A stretch of DNA of 64,000 nt from Alteromonadaceae bacterium (GTDB lineage Bacteria; Pseudomonadota; Gammaproteobacteria; Enterobacterales; Alteromonadaceae): contig CAXRBI010000099.1 in the NCBI GenBank assembly GCA_964229075.1, forward strand, positions 12,457 to 76,456. Reading direction: 5' to 3'. Made by a program: the position numbers and the translations under genes. The notes under the pieces are model-generated. The model was not told the origin of the DNA. It searched no databases and saw only the letters and a program-made list of their open reading frames with translations. Below are positions 30,123 to 41,074 of this stretch, piece after piece (position 1 is the stretch's first letter; the number at the start of each line of letters is the position of its first letter).

Positions 30123-32609
30123 TTACAACGCCAGTTGCAGCTCTTTCAGCGCATCGACGTCCATTGGCTTGCCGATGTAATAACCCTGGGCATATTTAAT
30201 CCCAAGCTGTTTCAGGGCATTGAATACAGCTTCAGTTTCAACAAATTCTGCGACACATTCTTTACCCAAAGCTTTGGAAACATTGGCAATGGCGCTAACT
30301 AGCGTTTGATCGACATCATTCTTGGTCATATCTTTAACAAAACTGCCGTCTATTTTTACCGATTCAGCCGGAAGTTCCTTAAGGTAGGCAAAAGTGGAAA
30401 AGCCGGTGCCAAAATCATCGATTGAAAACTGACAACCCAAACTACTGATCTGTTCAATTAAGCGACGAGTGCCACTGACATTGGTTAAACTGGCCGATTC
30501 AGTTAACTCAAAAATGATCCGCTCACCACTGACATTGTGTTGTTTAAGCTTTTCTTTGATGTGTGGGTGTAAACGTTCATCGGAGAAGGCTTGGGCAGAT
30601 AAGTTGATCGCGACTTTATGCAGCAATGGGTTATCGCCCGCCATTTTTATCGCTTGGTTTACCACCTGATGATCAAGGAAACTGATGTCTTCGGCACGCT
30701 CCAGTGCAGGAATGAACTCATTAGGGTAAGCAAGATTGCCATTCACATTTAAGCGCACAAGCGCCTCATAATAAGCAATGTGGTTTTCTTGTAAGTCCCA
30801 AACCGGTTGGAAATGCAAAATTAATTGATCGTTTATCACCGCTTCTTGCAGCTTCTGAACCCACTTTATGTTGTCTAGCTGTTGTTTCGAGTCGGAATCG
30901 GATTCGCTGTAACAGTGGGTCTGATTGCGGCCTTTATTTTTGGCCACGTACAAGGCGATGTCGGCTTGGCGCAAGTATTCCGCCGCCGTTGCGTTACCAT
31001 CAATTTCGCTGGCGCCAATACTGGCGCTAATCTTGTAGGTGTTGTTGCCAAACTGAAAGTGCGCATTCGCAATTTGAGTACAGATGTTATCACCTATCTT
31101 GATTGCATCTTCTATTCGCGTTTCTGCCAATAAGATAACAAACTCATCGCCACCCACTCGACAAAGCACGTCAGATTGCCTTAAACGCATTGAAAGGATT
31201 TGTGAAACCTCTCTTAGCACCATGTCTCCGGTTTGGTGACCTTCGGTATCGTTGATGACTTTGAAGTGGTCTAAGTCGATGTATAACAGGCTGTGTTTGG
31301 CTTTGCCTCTGGATGCGAGCAACGTCAACCGGTTTAATTCATTATCAAAGTAGTAACGGTTGTAGAGTCCGGTTAATGTATCGTGCAGAGCCAAGTGGTT
31401 GAGTTTTTCCTCGGCTTTTTTGCGATCATTAATGTTGTCTATGGTCGCGGTAAGACCTTCCACTACTCCGTCTTTGATCAATTGGTGGAACTTGATCTCA
31501 ACCCATACGCTGGTGTCGTAGATGGTTCTGATCCGCACTTCTTCTGTTGAAGAGGTCTGTTCTAACATCAACATGTTATGCAGCTTTTTGCTGAAACGCT
31601 TGGCGCCGAGCTCGTCGACATCGATGAAATCGGTCAGGGTCTTACCCAACGAATCAGTGATGTTGTGGCCGCACAAATCTGTCCAAGAACGATTCAAAAA
31701 GCGAATCTTGCCAGATTTATCGAGTTCGACGACCACCGAACTGAGGTTCTCAAGTAGCTTGGTGTGAGCAGTAAATAAGTCTTTAAACTTGGATTCGCTT
31801 TGCTCGAGTTGATGCACTTTAATTGCAAACTGCTCGTTACTGATCATAAAGTCGTTGCGACGCGCTGCGCGTTCACAAATGTTTAATACCCGTGATGGGT
31901 TAAGTGGACTGTATATGAAGTCACTTGCGCCATTGGTCATGTAATATTCGGCAAGCTCTATATCATTACGCGGAATCAGCATTACCACCGGAATTTCTGG
32001 TTTTTCGCTTTGTATTGTTTTTAGAAGCGCCGGACCTGTGGCGTTATCGAGATCATGGTCGATGATCACAAAATCAAAGTTTTGTTGCCGAACGAGGGCG
32101 AGACCTTCTTTTGACGAGTTCACACTGAAGGTTTCGAATTTTGCGTCGAGTAATTTCTCTAGCTGATTTCCCAGTTCGTTGTCGGAGACAATATTCAGCG
32201 CTATCAATTTACTGTTGATAGGCAAAGACAATGAAAAAGCATCCGCCAAAATTTCATTAACACGAGAAGACTCGCTTTTGGTTAAAACGGCATTGATTCC
32301 GAATGACTTCGCGGTCGCCTCTGCGATTCTTTCGCAGTGGGTTTCAGCAAGCAAAACAATTGGGATCTTGCGGTCGCAAAGATAGATATCTGATCGAATC
32401 AAACTGGAGAGACACCAGCCGTCGACTTGGCCGATATTGATGTCACTGATAATAAACTGATAGTTGGTGCTTTTGAGCTTAGCTATCGCTTCCGTGCTAT
32501 TCGCAACAGTGTCGATGTCAAATAACTGTAAACTACTTATTCTATTAACCAACTGGACCTTGTGCTCAAGATCGGAGGTAATCAATAGCAGTGGAAGTTT
32601 CTGATCCAT
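30123..32609 (-). CDS. REC-REC-PAS-GGDEF-EAL c-di-GMP signalling protein
   Basis: Two receiver-like domains, PAS/PAC, HDTLTGLYNR, RQSD-x5-GGDEF, YEALVR, IDDFGTG. Confidence 0.92.
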   Translation of the reverse strand: MDQKLPLLLITSDLEHKVQLVNRISSLQLFDIDTVANSTEAIAKLKSTNYQFIISDINIGQVDGWCLSSLIRSDIYLCDRKIPIVLLAETHCERIAEATAKSFGINAVLTKSESSRVNEILADAFSLSLPINSKLIALNIVSDNELGNQLEKLLDAKFETFSVNSSKEGLALVRQQNFDFVIIDHDLDNATGPALLKTIQSEKPEIPVVMLIPRNDIELAEYYMTNGASDFIYSPLNPSRVLNICERAARRNDFMISNEQFAIKVHQLEQSESKFKDLFTAHTKLLENLSSVVVELDKSGKIRFLNRSWTDLCGHNITDSLGKTLTDFIDVDELGAKRFSKKLHNMLMLEQTSSTEEVRIRTIYDTSVWVEIKFHQLIKDGVVEGLTATIDNINDRKKAEEKLNHLALHDTLTGLYNRYYFDNELNRLTLLASRGKAKHSLLYIDLDHFKVINDTEGHQTGDMVLREVSQILSMRLRQSDVLCRVGGDEFVILLAETRIEDAIKIGDNICTQIANAHFQFGNNTYKISASIGASEIDGNATAAEYLRQADIALYVAKNKGRNQTHCYSESDSDSKQQLDNIKWVQKLQEAVINDQLILHFQPVWDLQENHIAYYEALVRLNVNGNLAYPNEFIPALERAEDISFLDHQVVNQAIKMAGDNPLLHKVAINLSAQAFSDERLHPHIKEKLKQHNVSGERIIFELTESASLTNVSGTRRLIEQISSLGCQFSIDDFGTGFSTFAYLKELPAESVKIDGSFVKDMTKNDVDQTLVSAIANVSKALGKECVAEFVETEAVFNALKQLGIKYAQGYYIGKPMDVDALKELQLAL

Positions 32610-32798
32610 TCCTAATTAACCACTTATATTTTGGGAACGGGGCGGTGGTGCCCGAATCCTCCTACTGTATAAATATTCGTTACATTAAACAAGTGGGGAT
32701 AACCCCTATATCTCTCTGAGAAACTGGGGAAATTACCGAAACGCTGTTATACTTCGCGCCCTTTATTTTATCGCTTAGACACACAGTTGAGGTTTATT

Positions 32799-33854
32799 GT
32801 GCAAGTTGCAGATTTTCACTTTGATTTGCCTGAAGAATTAATTGCGAAAGCTCCAAAAGAAGATCGTGCCAGCAGCCGTTTAATGCAGCTAAATGGCAAC
32901 AGCGGAGACATTGATCATCATATCTTTGCCGATATTGTTAATTTGGTCGAACCGGGTGACTTATTGATTTTCAACAATACTCGAGTGATACCTGCTCGTT
33001 TGTTTGGGCAAAAAGAGTCTGGCGGTAAAGTCGAGATCTTAGTTGAACGTTTGTTAGATGAACACTCAGTTCTGGCCCATGTCCGTGCAAACAAATCACC
33101 AAAGCCCGGCAATGTGTTGGTGTTAGAAGGTGAGGTGCGCGCGGAGATGGTGGCGCGTCACGATGATTTGTTTGAGCTTAAATTTTTAGGCAATGAGACG
33201 GTTCTATCTGCACTGGAACGAAAAGGCCACATGCCGTTGCCGCCCTATATCGACAGACCTGATACAGAAGAAGACAAAGAGCGCTATCAAACGGTTTACA
33301 ATGAGAAACCGGGGGCAGTGGCTGCGCCGACCGCCGGTTTACACTTTACCGACGCGCTGCTGCAACAGTTGAAAGACAAAGGGGTGCAAACTGAGTTCGT
33401 AACCCTTCATGTTGGCGCTGGCACGTTTCAGTCGGTGAGAGTGGATAACGTTGAAGAGCATAAAATGCATTCAGAATACGCAGAAGTCCCGCAATCGGTT
33501 GTTGATGCAATTGTAGCGACAAAAAAAGCGGGGAATCGCGTTATTGCCGTGGGTACAACTTCTGTTCGCTCGGTGGAGTCCGCCGCATGGAAATCGGGTA
33601 TTGGCCGAAGTGAAATTGCCGAGTTAAAACCTTTTACTGGCGAGACTGACATATTTATCTATCCCGGTTTTGAGTTCAAAGTTATCGACGCTATGGTAAC
33701 CAATTTCCATTTGCCAGAGTCAACATTGATTATGTTGGTGTCTGCGTTTGCCGGTCAAGACAACATATTAAAGGCCTATAACGAAGCAGTCGCTGAGAAG
33801 TATCGATTTTTCAGTTATGGTGACGCCATGTTATTAGAGCGTAAAGAAAACTAA
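32799..33854 (+). CDS. queA: S-adenosylmethionine:tRNA ribosyltransferase-isomerase
   Basis: [37 protein letters not shown]; GTG start behind GAGG. Confidence 0.97.
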   Translation: MQVADFHFDLPEELIAKAPKEDRASSRLMQLNGNSGDIDHHIFADIVNLVEPGDLLIFNNTRVIPARLFGQKESGGKVEILVERLLDEHSVLAHVRANKSPKPGNVLVLEGEVRAEMVARHDDLFELKFLGNETVLSALERKGHMPLPPYIDRPDTEEDKERYQTVYNEKPGAVAAPTAGLHFTDALLQQLKDKGVQTEFVTLHVGAGTFQSVRVDNVEEHKMHSEYAEVPQSVVDAIVATKKAGNRVIAVGTTSVRSVESAAWKSGIGRSEIAELKPFTGETDIFIYPGFEFKVIDAMVTNFHLPESTLIMLVSAFAGQDNILKAYNEAVAEKYRFFSYGDAMLLERKEN

Positions 33855-33877
33855 AAAAGGACCCTAGGGTCCTTTTT

Positions 33878-34144
33878 TTATTCTGCTTTTAACTGGCGTT
33901 TGCGCCCGTAGTACTTGTAGATACCGACGATGGAGGCGGAAATCCAAAAAATTTCGATAACAAAACTGGCGAGGTTAAAGTTAATACACAAACTGATCAG
34001 GAGCAAAATCGCGCCTATAAGATTGTACAGATTATATTGAATGCCCTTGGGATCGATTTTTTCTAGCTGAATTAGAAAAAACGCAAGCACAACTAAAAAC
34101 GTACCGGCCATCCCAATGATGTCGGCAGCTAATGAAATAGACAT
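33878..34144 (-). CDS. Small 3-TM membrane protein, CBU_0592/PQ-loop-like
   Basis: DIIGMAGTFLVVLAFFLIQ...YNLYNLIGAILL...NFNLASFVIEIFW; AGGAG RBS. Confidence 0.7.
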   Translation of the reverse strand: MSISLAADIIGMAGTFLVVLAFFLIQLEKIDPKGIQYNLYNLIGAILLLISLCINFNLASFVIEIFWISASIVGIYKYYGRKRQLKAE

Positions 34145-34294
34145 AACTGACTCCTAAAACTAATTAAAGCTGGCGCGGTTCCTTGGAGACTTTACCAATA
34201 CAGCGGTTGCTGTTTCCATTTGGCAGACAACTCGGGATTCTATTCATTCTTGTGAATTATTCAATAGGGATCTTTCCTCAGATCTTGTATATAA

Positions 34295-35482
<1,188 letters not shown>

Positions 35483-35588
35483 TCGGAGATTTTTTATGAT
35501 GGGCGTTGCATAACTTATATCGCGTCCTCATATAGAAATTCACAATTTAAAAATACAAAAAATATTAAAAAAGTTTAGGGGAAAAAAA

Positions 35589-35924
35589 ATGAGTTTATTC
35601 ATTTCTAATGCGTACGCAGAAGGTGGCGCACCAGCACAAGCTGCCGGTCCAGACATGTTAATCATGTTGGTTATCTTTGGTTTAATTTTTTACTTTATGA
35701 TTTATCGCCCACAAGCGAAACGCGTAAAAGAGCACAAAAACTTAGTGTCTTCATTGTCAAAAGGCGACGAGGTACTAACGGCAGGTGGCTTAATCGGCAA
35801 AATCACCAAAGTATCTGACGACAAAGACTTCGTAAAGGTTGAGTTGGCAGAGGGCACAGAAGTTATGGTGCAAAAAGGCAGCATTAGCTCTGTTTTGCCT
35901 AAAGGTACAATCAAGTCAATTTAA
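35589..35924 (+). CDS. yajC: Preprotein translocase subunit YajC
   Basis: FYFMIYRPQAKR, KGDEVLTAGG. Confidence 0.97.
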   Translation: MSLFISNAYAEGGAPAQAAGPDMLIMLVIFGLIFYFMIYRPQAKRVKEHKNLVSSLSKGDEVLTAGGLIGKITKVSDDKDFVKVELAEGTEVMVQKGSISSVLPKGTIKSI

Positions 35925-35987
35925 GACTTAGCAGCCAGAGAGTTCTGGCTGTTTTCATTTTAGTTAGAATAAAAATAGGGTGTACGC

Positions 35988-37844
35988 GTGTTAAATAAGT
36001 ACCCACTTTGGAAATACATCATGGTGCTGTTTGTGTTAGCCATTGGCGCACTTTACTCAGCTCCAAACTTGTATGGTGAAGATCCTGCCATTCAAGTGTC
36101 AGGCCTTCGAGGCGCTGAAGTTAACGCTTTGGTTCTGGATAAAGTCATCGAGAAGCTTGATACTGCAGAAATCAAATACAAAAAAACAGAGTTAGCCGAC
36201 GGCCGAATTCTCGTTCGTTTGAACAACCAGTCTGATCAAAACTTGGCAAAAGAAGCCATTGGCGACAGCTTAGGTTCAAACTATGTAGTGGCTTTGAACT
36301 TAGCGCCAGCTACTCCAGCCTGGTTGGAAGCGTTTGGTGCAGGGCCGTTGAAACTTGGTCTTGACCTTCGTGGTGGTGTTCATTTCTTGATGGAAGTGGA
36401 CATGGATGTAGCCATGAATAAAAAATTCACGGAAATGGTCGACAATTTCAAAGCAGACCTTCGTGAAGAGAAAATTCGTTATCGTACGATTAAACATTCA
36501 CCGGGCAATACTTATGTGACGGTTCAAGTGCGCCAAGAAGAAGATCTTGATGCTGCTCGTCGTGCCATTGCCAAGAAGTATCCAGATCTCGTTATCTCTG
36601 AAGATAGCCGTACGATTGAGCCTGATTTACGCGTCGCCATGAGTGAAGCAACAATCAAGGAAACGCGCAGTTATGCCATTGACCAAAACATCACAATCAT
36701 CCGTAATCGTGTTAATGAATTAGGTGTTGCTGAGCCTTTGGTTCAACGTCAAGGTCAAGAGCGCATCGTGGTGCAGTTACCAGGCGTACAGGATACTGCG
36801 CGTGCCAAAGAAATCTTAGGCGCTACCGCGACTCTAGAGTTCAAAATGGTTTATCAAGGCGGTGATATTGGCGCTGCGACACGTGGTCGAGTACCACCAA
36901 AAGCCAAATTGTACGAATATGAAGGCCGTCCGACGTTGTTGGAAAAACGCGTTCGTTTAACGGGTGATCATATCGTTGACGCGCAAGGTTCTTTCGACCA
37001 ATACGGCATGCCGCAAGTAAGCATCTCGCTTGATTCAAAAGGCGGCAGCAAAATGACTGACATGACTAAAGATAATGTCGGTAAGCCAATGGCTGTAGTC
37101 TTTATTGAATACAAACCTTCTGAGCAGAAAGACGAAAATGGCGTCGCCAAACTTGTCAAACACGAAGAAGTTATTCAGGTAGCGACCATTCAAGCGGTTC
37201 TAGGCCGTAGTTTCGTTATCACAGGCATGGATTCTCCTCAAGAAGCTCGAAATCTAGCCCTGATGTTGCGAGCGGGTGCTTTGATTGCACCTATTCAAAT
37301 TGTAGAAGAGAGAACGGTTGGCCCAAGCTTAGGTCAAGAAAACATCGAAGCGGGCTTCAGTGCCGTGATTCTCGGTTTTGCACTTGTCTTAGTATTTATG
37401 TTGTTCTACTACAAGAAGTTTGGTCTAGTTGCAAACTGTGCGCTAGCCGCAAATCTTGTATTGATCATTGGTGTCATGTCGATGATTCCAGGTGCGACAC
37501 TAACGCTGCCAGGTATTGCCGGTATTGTATTGACGGTCGGTATGGCAGTCGATGCGAACGTATTGATATTTGAGCGTATTCGCGAAGAATTGAAAGACAA
37601 ACGTTCACCACAGCAAGCTATTCATCACGGTTATGACAGCGCATTCTCTACCATTGCGGATGCCAACATCACCACCTTTATCGCTGCAATTATCTTGTTC
37701 TCTATCGGTACCGGACCTATCAAAGGTTTCGCGATTACGTTAGCCATCGGTATTGCAACTTCAATGTTCACTGCCATCGTTGGTACCCGCGCAATTGTAA
37801 ATGCGGTTTGGGGTGGCAAGCGCATTGATAAGTTGTCAATTTAA
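35988..37844 (+). CDS. secD: Protein translocase subunit SecD
   Basis: [38 protein letters not shown]. Confidence 0.98.
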   Translation: MLNKYPLWKYIMVLFVLAIGALYSAPNLYGEDPAIQVSGLRGAEVNALVLDKVIEKLDTAEIKYKKTELADGRILVRLNNQSDQNLAKEAIGDSLGSNYVVALNLAPATPAWLEAFGAGPLKLGLDLRGGVHFLMEVDMDVAMNKKFTEMVDNFKADLREEKIRYRTIKHSPGNTYVTVQVRQEEDLDAARRAIAKKYPDLVISEDSRTIEPDLRVAMSEATIKETRSYAIDQNITIIRNRVNELGVAEPLVQRQGQERIVVQLPGVQDTARAKEILGATATLEFKMVYQGGDIGAATRGRVPPKAKLYEYEGRPTLLEKRVRLTGDHIVDAQGSFDQYGMPQVSISLDSKGGSKMTDMTKDNVGKPMAVVFIEYKPSEQKDENGVAKLVKHEEVIQVATIQAVLGRSFVITGMDSPQEARNLALMLRAGALIAPIQIVEERTVGPSLGQENIEAGFSAVILGFALVLVFMLFYYKKFGLVANCALAANLVLIIGVMSMIPGATLTLPGIAGIVLTVGMAVDANVLIFERIREELKDKRSPQQAIHHGYDSAFSTIADANITTFIAAIILFSIGTGPIKGFAITLAIGIATSMFTAIVGTRAIVNAVWGGKRIDKLSI

Positions 37845-37856
37845 GGAGACCTTGAC

Positions 37857-38828
37857 ATGCAGATTTTAAATTTGACCAAAACCATTAATTTTATGTCGAT
37901 TCGCCGCTTTACGATGGCGTTATCGATTGTATTGATATTGGGCTCTATGGCGTCTTTTTTTACCAAAGGATTAAACTGGGGTCTGGATTTCACCGGCGGT
38001 AGCTTGATCGAAGTCTCATTTGAACAAAGTGCGGATTTGAAGAAGATCCGTGGCGTGATGGATGAGATTGGCTTTTCAGATGCGACGGTACAAAACTTTG
38101 GTTCAAGCCGAGACGTGCTGATCCGCTTAGCACCTCGTAAAGTTGAGAAAGAAAACAACGACGCTAAATCCATTGATTCAAAGATGATTGGCAACACCAT
38201 TATGGAAGCACTGACCGCGATGGATAGCAGCGCAACTATGCGCCGCATAGAATTCGTAGGCCCAAGTGTTGGTGACGAGCTGAGAGAGCAGGGCGGCTTG
38301 GCCATGTTGACGGCTTTGATCTGTATCCTGATTTATGTTGCGCTTCGTTTTGAATGGCGTTTCGCTTTGGGCTCAGTTTCTGCCTTGGCGCACGACGTAA
38401 TCATTACTTTGGGCTTGTTCAGCGTATTGGGTATCGAATTTGATTTGACCGTTCTTGCCGCGGTTTTAGCGGTGATAGGTTACTCACTCAACGATACCAT
38501 TGTTGTGTCTGACCGAATTCGTGAAAACTTCCGAAAAATTCGTCAAGGTGAAGCGGAAGAGATCATCGATATTTCTCTAACTCAAACGTTGAATAGAACC
38601 ATGGTGACTTCGATCACAACCATTCTGGTGTTAGTTGCACTATTGGTTGTTGGCGGTGCTTTGATCAAAGGTTTCGCAACGGCACTATTATTTGGTGTGG
38701 TTATCGGTACATATTCATCTATCTACGTGGCGAGTTCTATTGCCTTGTCATTGGGCATCAGCAAAGAAGATCTGATGCCAACTGTGGTTGAGAAAGAAGG
38801 CGCAGATCAAGACCAGATCATGCCTTAA
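37857..38828 (+). CDS. secF: Protein translocase subunit SecF
   Basis: GLDFTGG, VGPSVG, GYSLNDTIVV.DRIRE, GTYSSI. Confidence 0.98.
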   Translation: MQILNLTKTINFMSIRRFTMALSIVLILGSMASFFTKGLNWGLDFTGGSLIEVSFEQSADLKKIRGVMDEIGFSDATVQNFGSSRDVLIRLAPRKVEKENNDAKSIDSKMIGNTIMEALTAMDSSATMRRIEFVGPSVGDELREQGGLAMLTALICILIYVALRFEWRFALGSVSALAHDVIITLGLFSVLGIEFDLTVLAAVLAVIGYSLNDTIVVSDRIRENFRKIRQGEAEEIIDISLTQTLNRTMVTSITTILVLVALLVVGGALIKGFATALLFGVVIGTYSSIYVASSIALSLGISKEDLMPTVVEKEGADQDQIMP

Positions 38829-38954
38829 AGAAGACATAGAAAAGAGTGAAAAACGGTAAACCTTGGTTTGCCGTTTTTTATGGAAAAATGTAACACTGTG
38901 AGTACGCGATTTGGCGACATCATAGTTTTTTGAATAACGTTTGGGAGATGACAA

Positions 38955-39440
38955 ATGCCATCATTTGATACGGTATCTGAAATCGATATGAATGAAGTGA
39001 GACACGCAGCGGAAAACGCTGAAAGAGAGCTTGCGACTCGCTTTGATTTTCGTGGCGTGGAAGCGTCGTTCGAGTATGTTGATGAAAAAGTTAAGTTAGT
39101 TGCAGAGGGCGAATTCCAGATTAAGCAGATGTTGGATATGCTGCGTTCGCAATGCACGAAGAGAAAGCTCGACCCTGAATCAATGGATACTTCAAGCAAC
39201 GTTGAAGTTACTGGGAAAAAGCACACTAAGTTTGTTGGCTTTAAACAAGGTATTGAACAAGACTTAGCGAAAAAAATGGTTAAGTTGATTAAAGACTCAA
39301 AGATGAAGGTACAAGCATCGATTCAAGGGGATAAGGTGCGTGTAACGGGCAAGAAGCGTGACGATTTGCAACAAGTGATGCAATTGTTGAGAGGTGCCGA
39401 GTTAGGTCAGCCACTGCAATTTAATAACTTCCGAGACTAA
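38955..39440 (+). CDS. yajQ: YajQ family nucleotide/c-di-GMP-binding protein
   Basis: [30 protein letters not shown]. Confidence 0.96.
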   Translation: MPSFDTVSEIDMNEVRHAAENAERELATRFDFRGVEASFEYVDEKVKLVAEGEFQIKQMLDMLRSQCTKRKLDPESMDTSSNVEVTGKKHTKFVGFKQGIEQDLAKKMVKLIKDSKMKVQASIQGDKVRVTGKKRDDLQQVMQLLRGAELGQPLQFNNFRD

Positions 39441-39463
39441 TTGCTCAAGTAAATTACAGGCAC

Positions 39464-39493
39464 AAAAAAAGCAGTATCCTAACTGCTTTTTTT
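39464..39493. terminator. Bidirectional terminator shared by yajQ and sRNA copy 1
   Basis: AAAAAAAGCAGT-ATCCTA-ACTGCTTTTTTT; the loop carries a GGA on the minus strand. Confidence 0.85.
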
Positions 39494-39780
39494 ATGCATT
39501 TTTTACGCGTCCTGCATACTCTACCTTGAGTCAAAAGTCCTGATGCATCCAGCAACTGTCCTTAGTCTAAATCCGTTTTCCTTTTATCCAGTAATTTCCT
39601 ATTACCGGTTGTCCTTATGCTGTCCTAGCAATCCTTTCCATTTTTTCCTGTGGCTTCATGCCGCCCTAATCCCTGTCCTTTTGTGTATGGCTCCTGCCAT
39701 CCTTCCTAACGTCCTTGCTCGCATCCAGCGTGTCCAATCCATCTGTGTTAAATCATTTAACACTATCTCGTCGTTAAGTG
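39464..39780 (-). ncRNA. CsrB/Rsm-family CsrA-sequestering sRNA, copy 1 (about 317 nt)
   Basis: About 23 GGA motifs on the minus strand, many in short hairpin loops (e.g. UGGC-AGGA-GCCA); ends in terminator 39464-39493; -10 TAATAT just upstream. Confidence 0.85.
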
Positions 39781-39949
39781 TGTTCAATATTAAGGATATC
39801 CGCAGAAGTCGCTAGGTAGAAAAATGAAGAGTTTTAATGTCACCATACTTTAATCCTCTTTTTTATGGAATAAAGTTGTTTAATTACAGTGGCTTGCAGT
39901 TATTTTGGTTGCTTTTTTAATCTTTTTTTTAAGCTGTTTCTTAGGCCAA

Positions 39950-39967
39950 TGTGAGAAATATCTCACA
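39950..39967. promoter_or_regulatory. UvrY/GacA/VarA-type binding box for sRNA copy 1
   Basis: 18-bp inverted repeat TGTGAGA-AATA-TCTCACA about 170-187 bp upstream of the inferred start; resembles the GacA box TGTAAG-N6-CTTACA. Confidence 0.78.
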
Positions 39968-40004
39968 CAATATTGGGCGAAGTGTACCCATGAACGCGAC
40001 GCAT

Positions 40005-40032
40005 AAAAAAAGCAGTCTTTCGACTGCTTTTT
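40005..40032 (-). terminator. Terminator of sRNA copy 2
   Basis: AAAAAAAGCAGTC-TTTC-GACTGCTTTTT on the plus strand (GAAA loop on minus); stem nearly identical to the copy 1 terminator. Confidence 0.85.
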
Positions 40033-40388
40033 CTAAAATACCTCTGTAGCTTCCTGCTCAACTAGCTCCATCAGTATGGTCTTCCCTGCAGCTCCTTGCA
40101 CTCAGTTCCTTTGAATTCCTAATCCTTGTCGTCCTTACATTTCCTTGTTTGCAATCCATGCGCTCAACGTCCTGTTGAAATCCATTCCTTGCGTCCTTAA
40201 CTCCGTTTTTCTGCATCCTGCAAAAATTTGATATTTCACATCCAGTGAGTTCTCAAATTGTCCTTTTGGGCTCCTTGCCACCATTTCCTATGAGTTTGGC
40301 TCCTGCCATCCTTCCTTTACGTCCTTGGTCGCTTCCAGCGTTTCCTTTCCTTGTGTGTTACATCCGGTAACACGCTCGTCGTTAAGTG
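40005..40388 (-). ncRNA. CsrB/Rsm-family CsrA-sequestering sRNA, copy 2 (about 384 nt)
   Basis: About 28 GGA motifs on the minus strand, many in hairpin loops (UCAAC-AGGAC-GUUGA, GUGUUAC-CGGAU-GUAACAC); terminator 40005-40032; -10 TATTAT; 5-prime about 90 nt homologous to copy 1. Confidence 0.87.
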
Positions 40389-40464
40389 ATAATAATAATA
40401 GATCGATTCACCTAATTCGGAATGACCAGAAATTAAAACACTTGCGTGTCATATCATCGAAAGG

Positions 40465-40477
40465 AATCAATATTTTA
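40465..40477 (+). promoter_or_regulatory. IHF consensus site between the UvrY-type box and the promoter of sRNA copy 2
   Basis: AATCAATATTTTA matches WATCAANNNNTTR exactly. Confidence 0.55.
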
Positions 40478-40558
40478 GTAAAATAATAATGAAAACAATT
40501 GTTTATGTTTTATTTGTGAGGTTGGGATGCGAGATCCTTCAGTTAGTTCTTACTAGGA

Positions 40559-40576
40559 TGTAAGAAATATCTCACG
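40559..40576. promoter_or_regulatory. UvrY/GacA/VarA-type binding box for sRNA copy 2
   Basis: TGTAAGA-AATA-TCTCACG, 16/18 identical to the copy 1 box and at the same distance (about 171-188 bp). Confidence 0.78.
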
Positions 40577-40703
40577 TTTGAACAGGAGGTTTTCTCTTTT
40601 GTTGCTATTGTCGTTGAGCGCTTTTTATCTTTTCCAATGGTAACAGTTTGGCGCAAATGGTTGTAAGCTATGGTCTAGAATCAAGTTTTTAGGAAGAATA
40701 AAA

Positions 40704-41069
40704 TTGGACGTCAGCTTTATTTGGCAGCGTGATCAAAAAAAACATTTAATTGAGGTAACGAGCGAACAGGGACTCCTGACCCGTTTCTTAAATGAAGAAA
40801 TGCAAGCCACTGACGGAGATGTCTCCTTTTTACAGACATTCATCGATAAAATTGAGGGTGCAGTTGAATTGCAAATTGAATTTGCTGACTGGGTAGTTTT
40901 CGTCGAAAACGAGGAAGTAGTTGTTCGACCGAGCAGTAATCTTATTGAGTCCGTTGATGAACTGCAGGAGGGGATGTCGATGCTTGAACAATCAGACAGT
41001 GTTGGCAAAGTCGATTTAGTGGAGGCCCTGGTGAGTTGGCAGGATTTTATACAGGCTGAAACGAGGTAA
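40704..41069 (+). CDS. YacL (UPF0231)-like protein
   Basis: 121-aa acidic protein ending DLVEALVSWQDFI, reminiscent of YacL; TTG start behind AGGA. Confidence 0.55.
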   Translation: MDVSFIWQRDQKKHLIEVTSEQGLLTRFLNEEMQATDGDVSFLQTFIDKIEGAVELQIEFADWVVFVENEEVVVRPSSNLIESVDELQEGMSMLEQSDSVGKVDLVEALVSWQDFIQAETR

Positions 41070-41074
41070 CGCCA

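Noticed and set aside
39543-39815. 90-aa plus-strand ORF in the yajQ gap
   Set aside because: No RBS or family motif; its Pro/Ser/Leu bias comes from the TCC repeats antisense to the GGA-rich sRNA
39500-40390. CRISPR array or tandem repeat interpretation of the TCCT-rich region
   Set aside because: No constant-length identical repeats with unique spacers and no cas genes; only a 3-5 nt motif recurs
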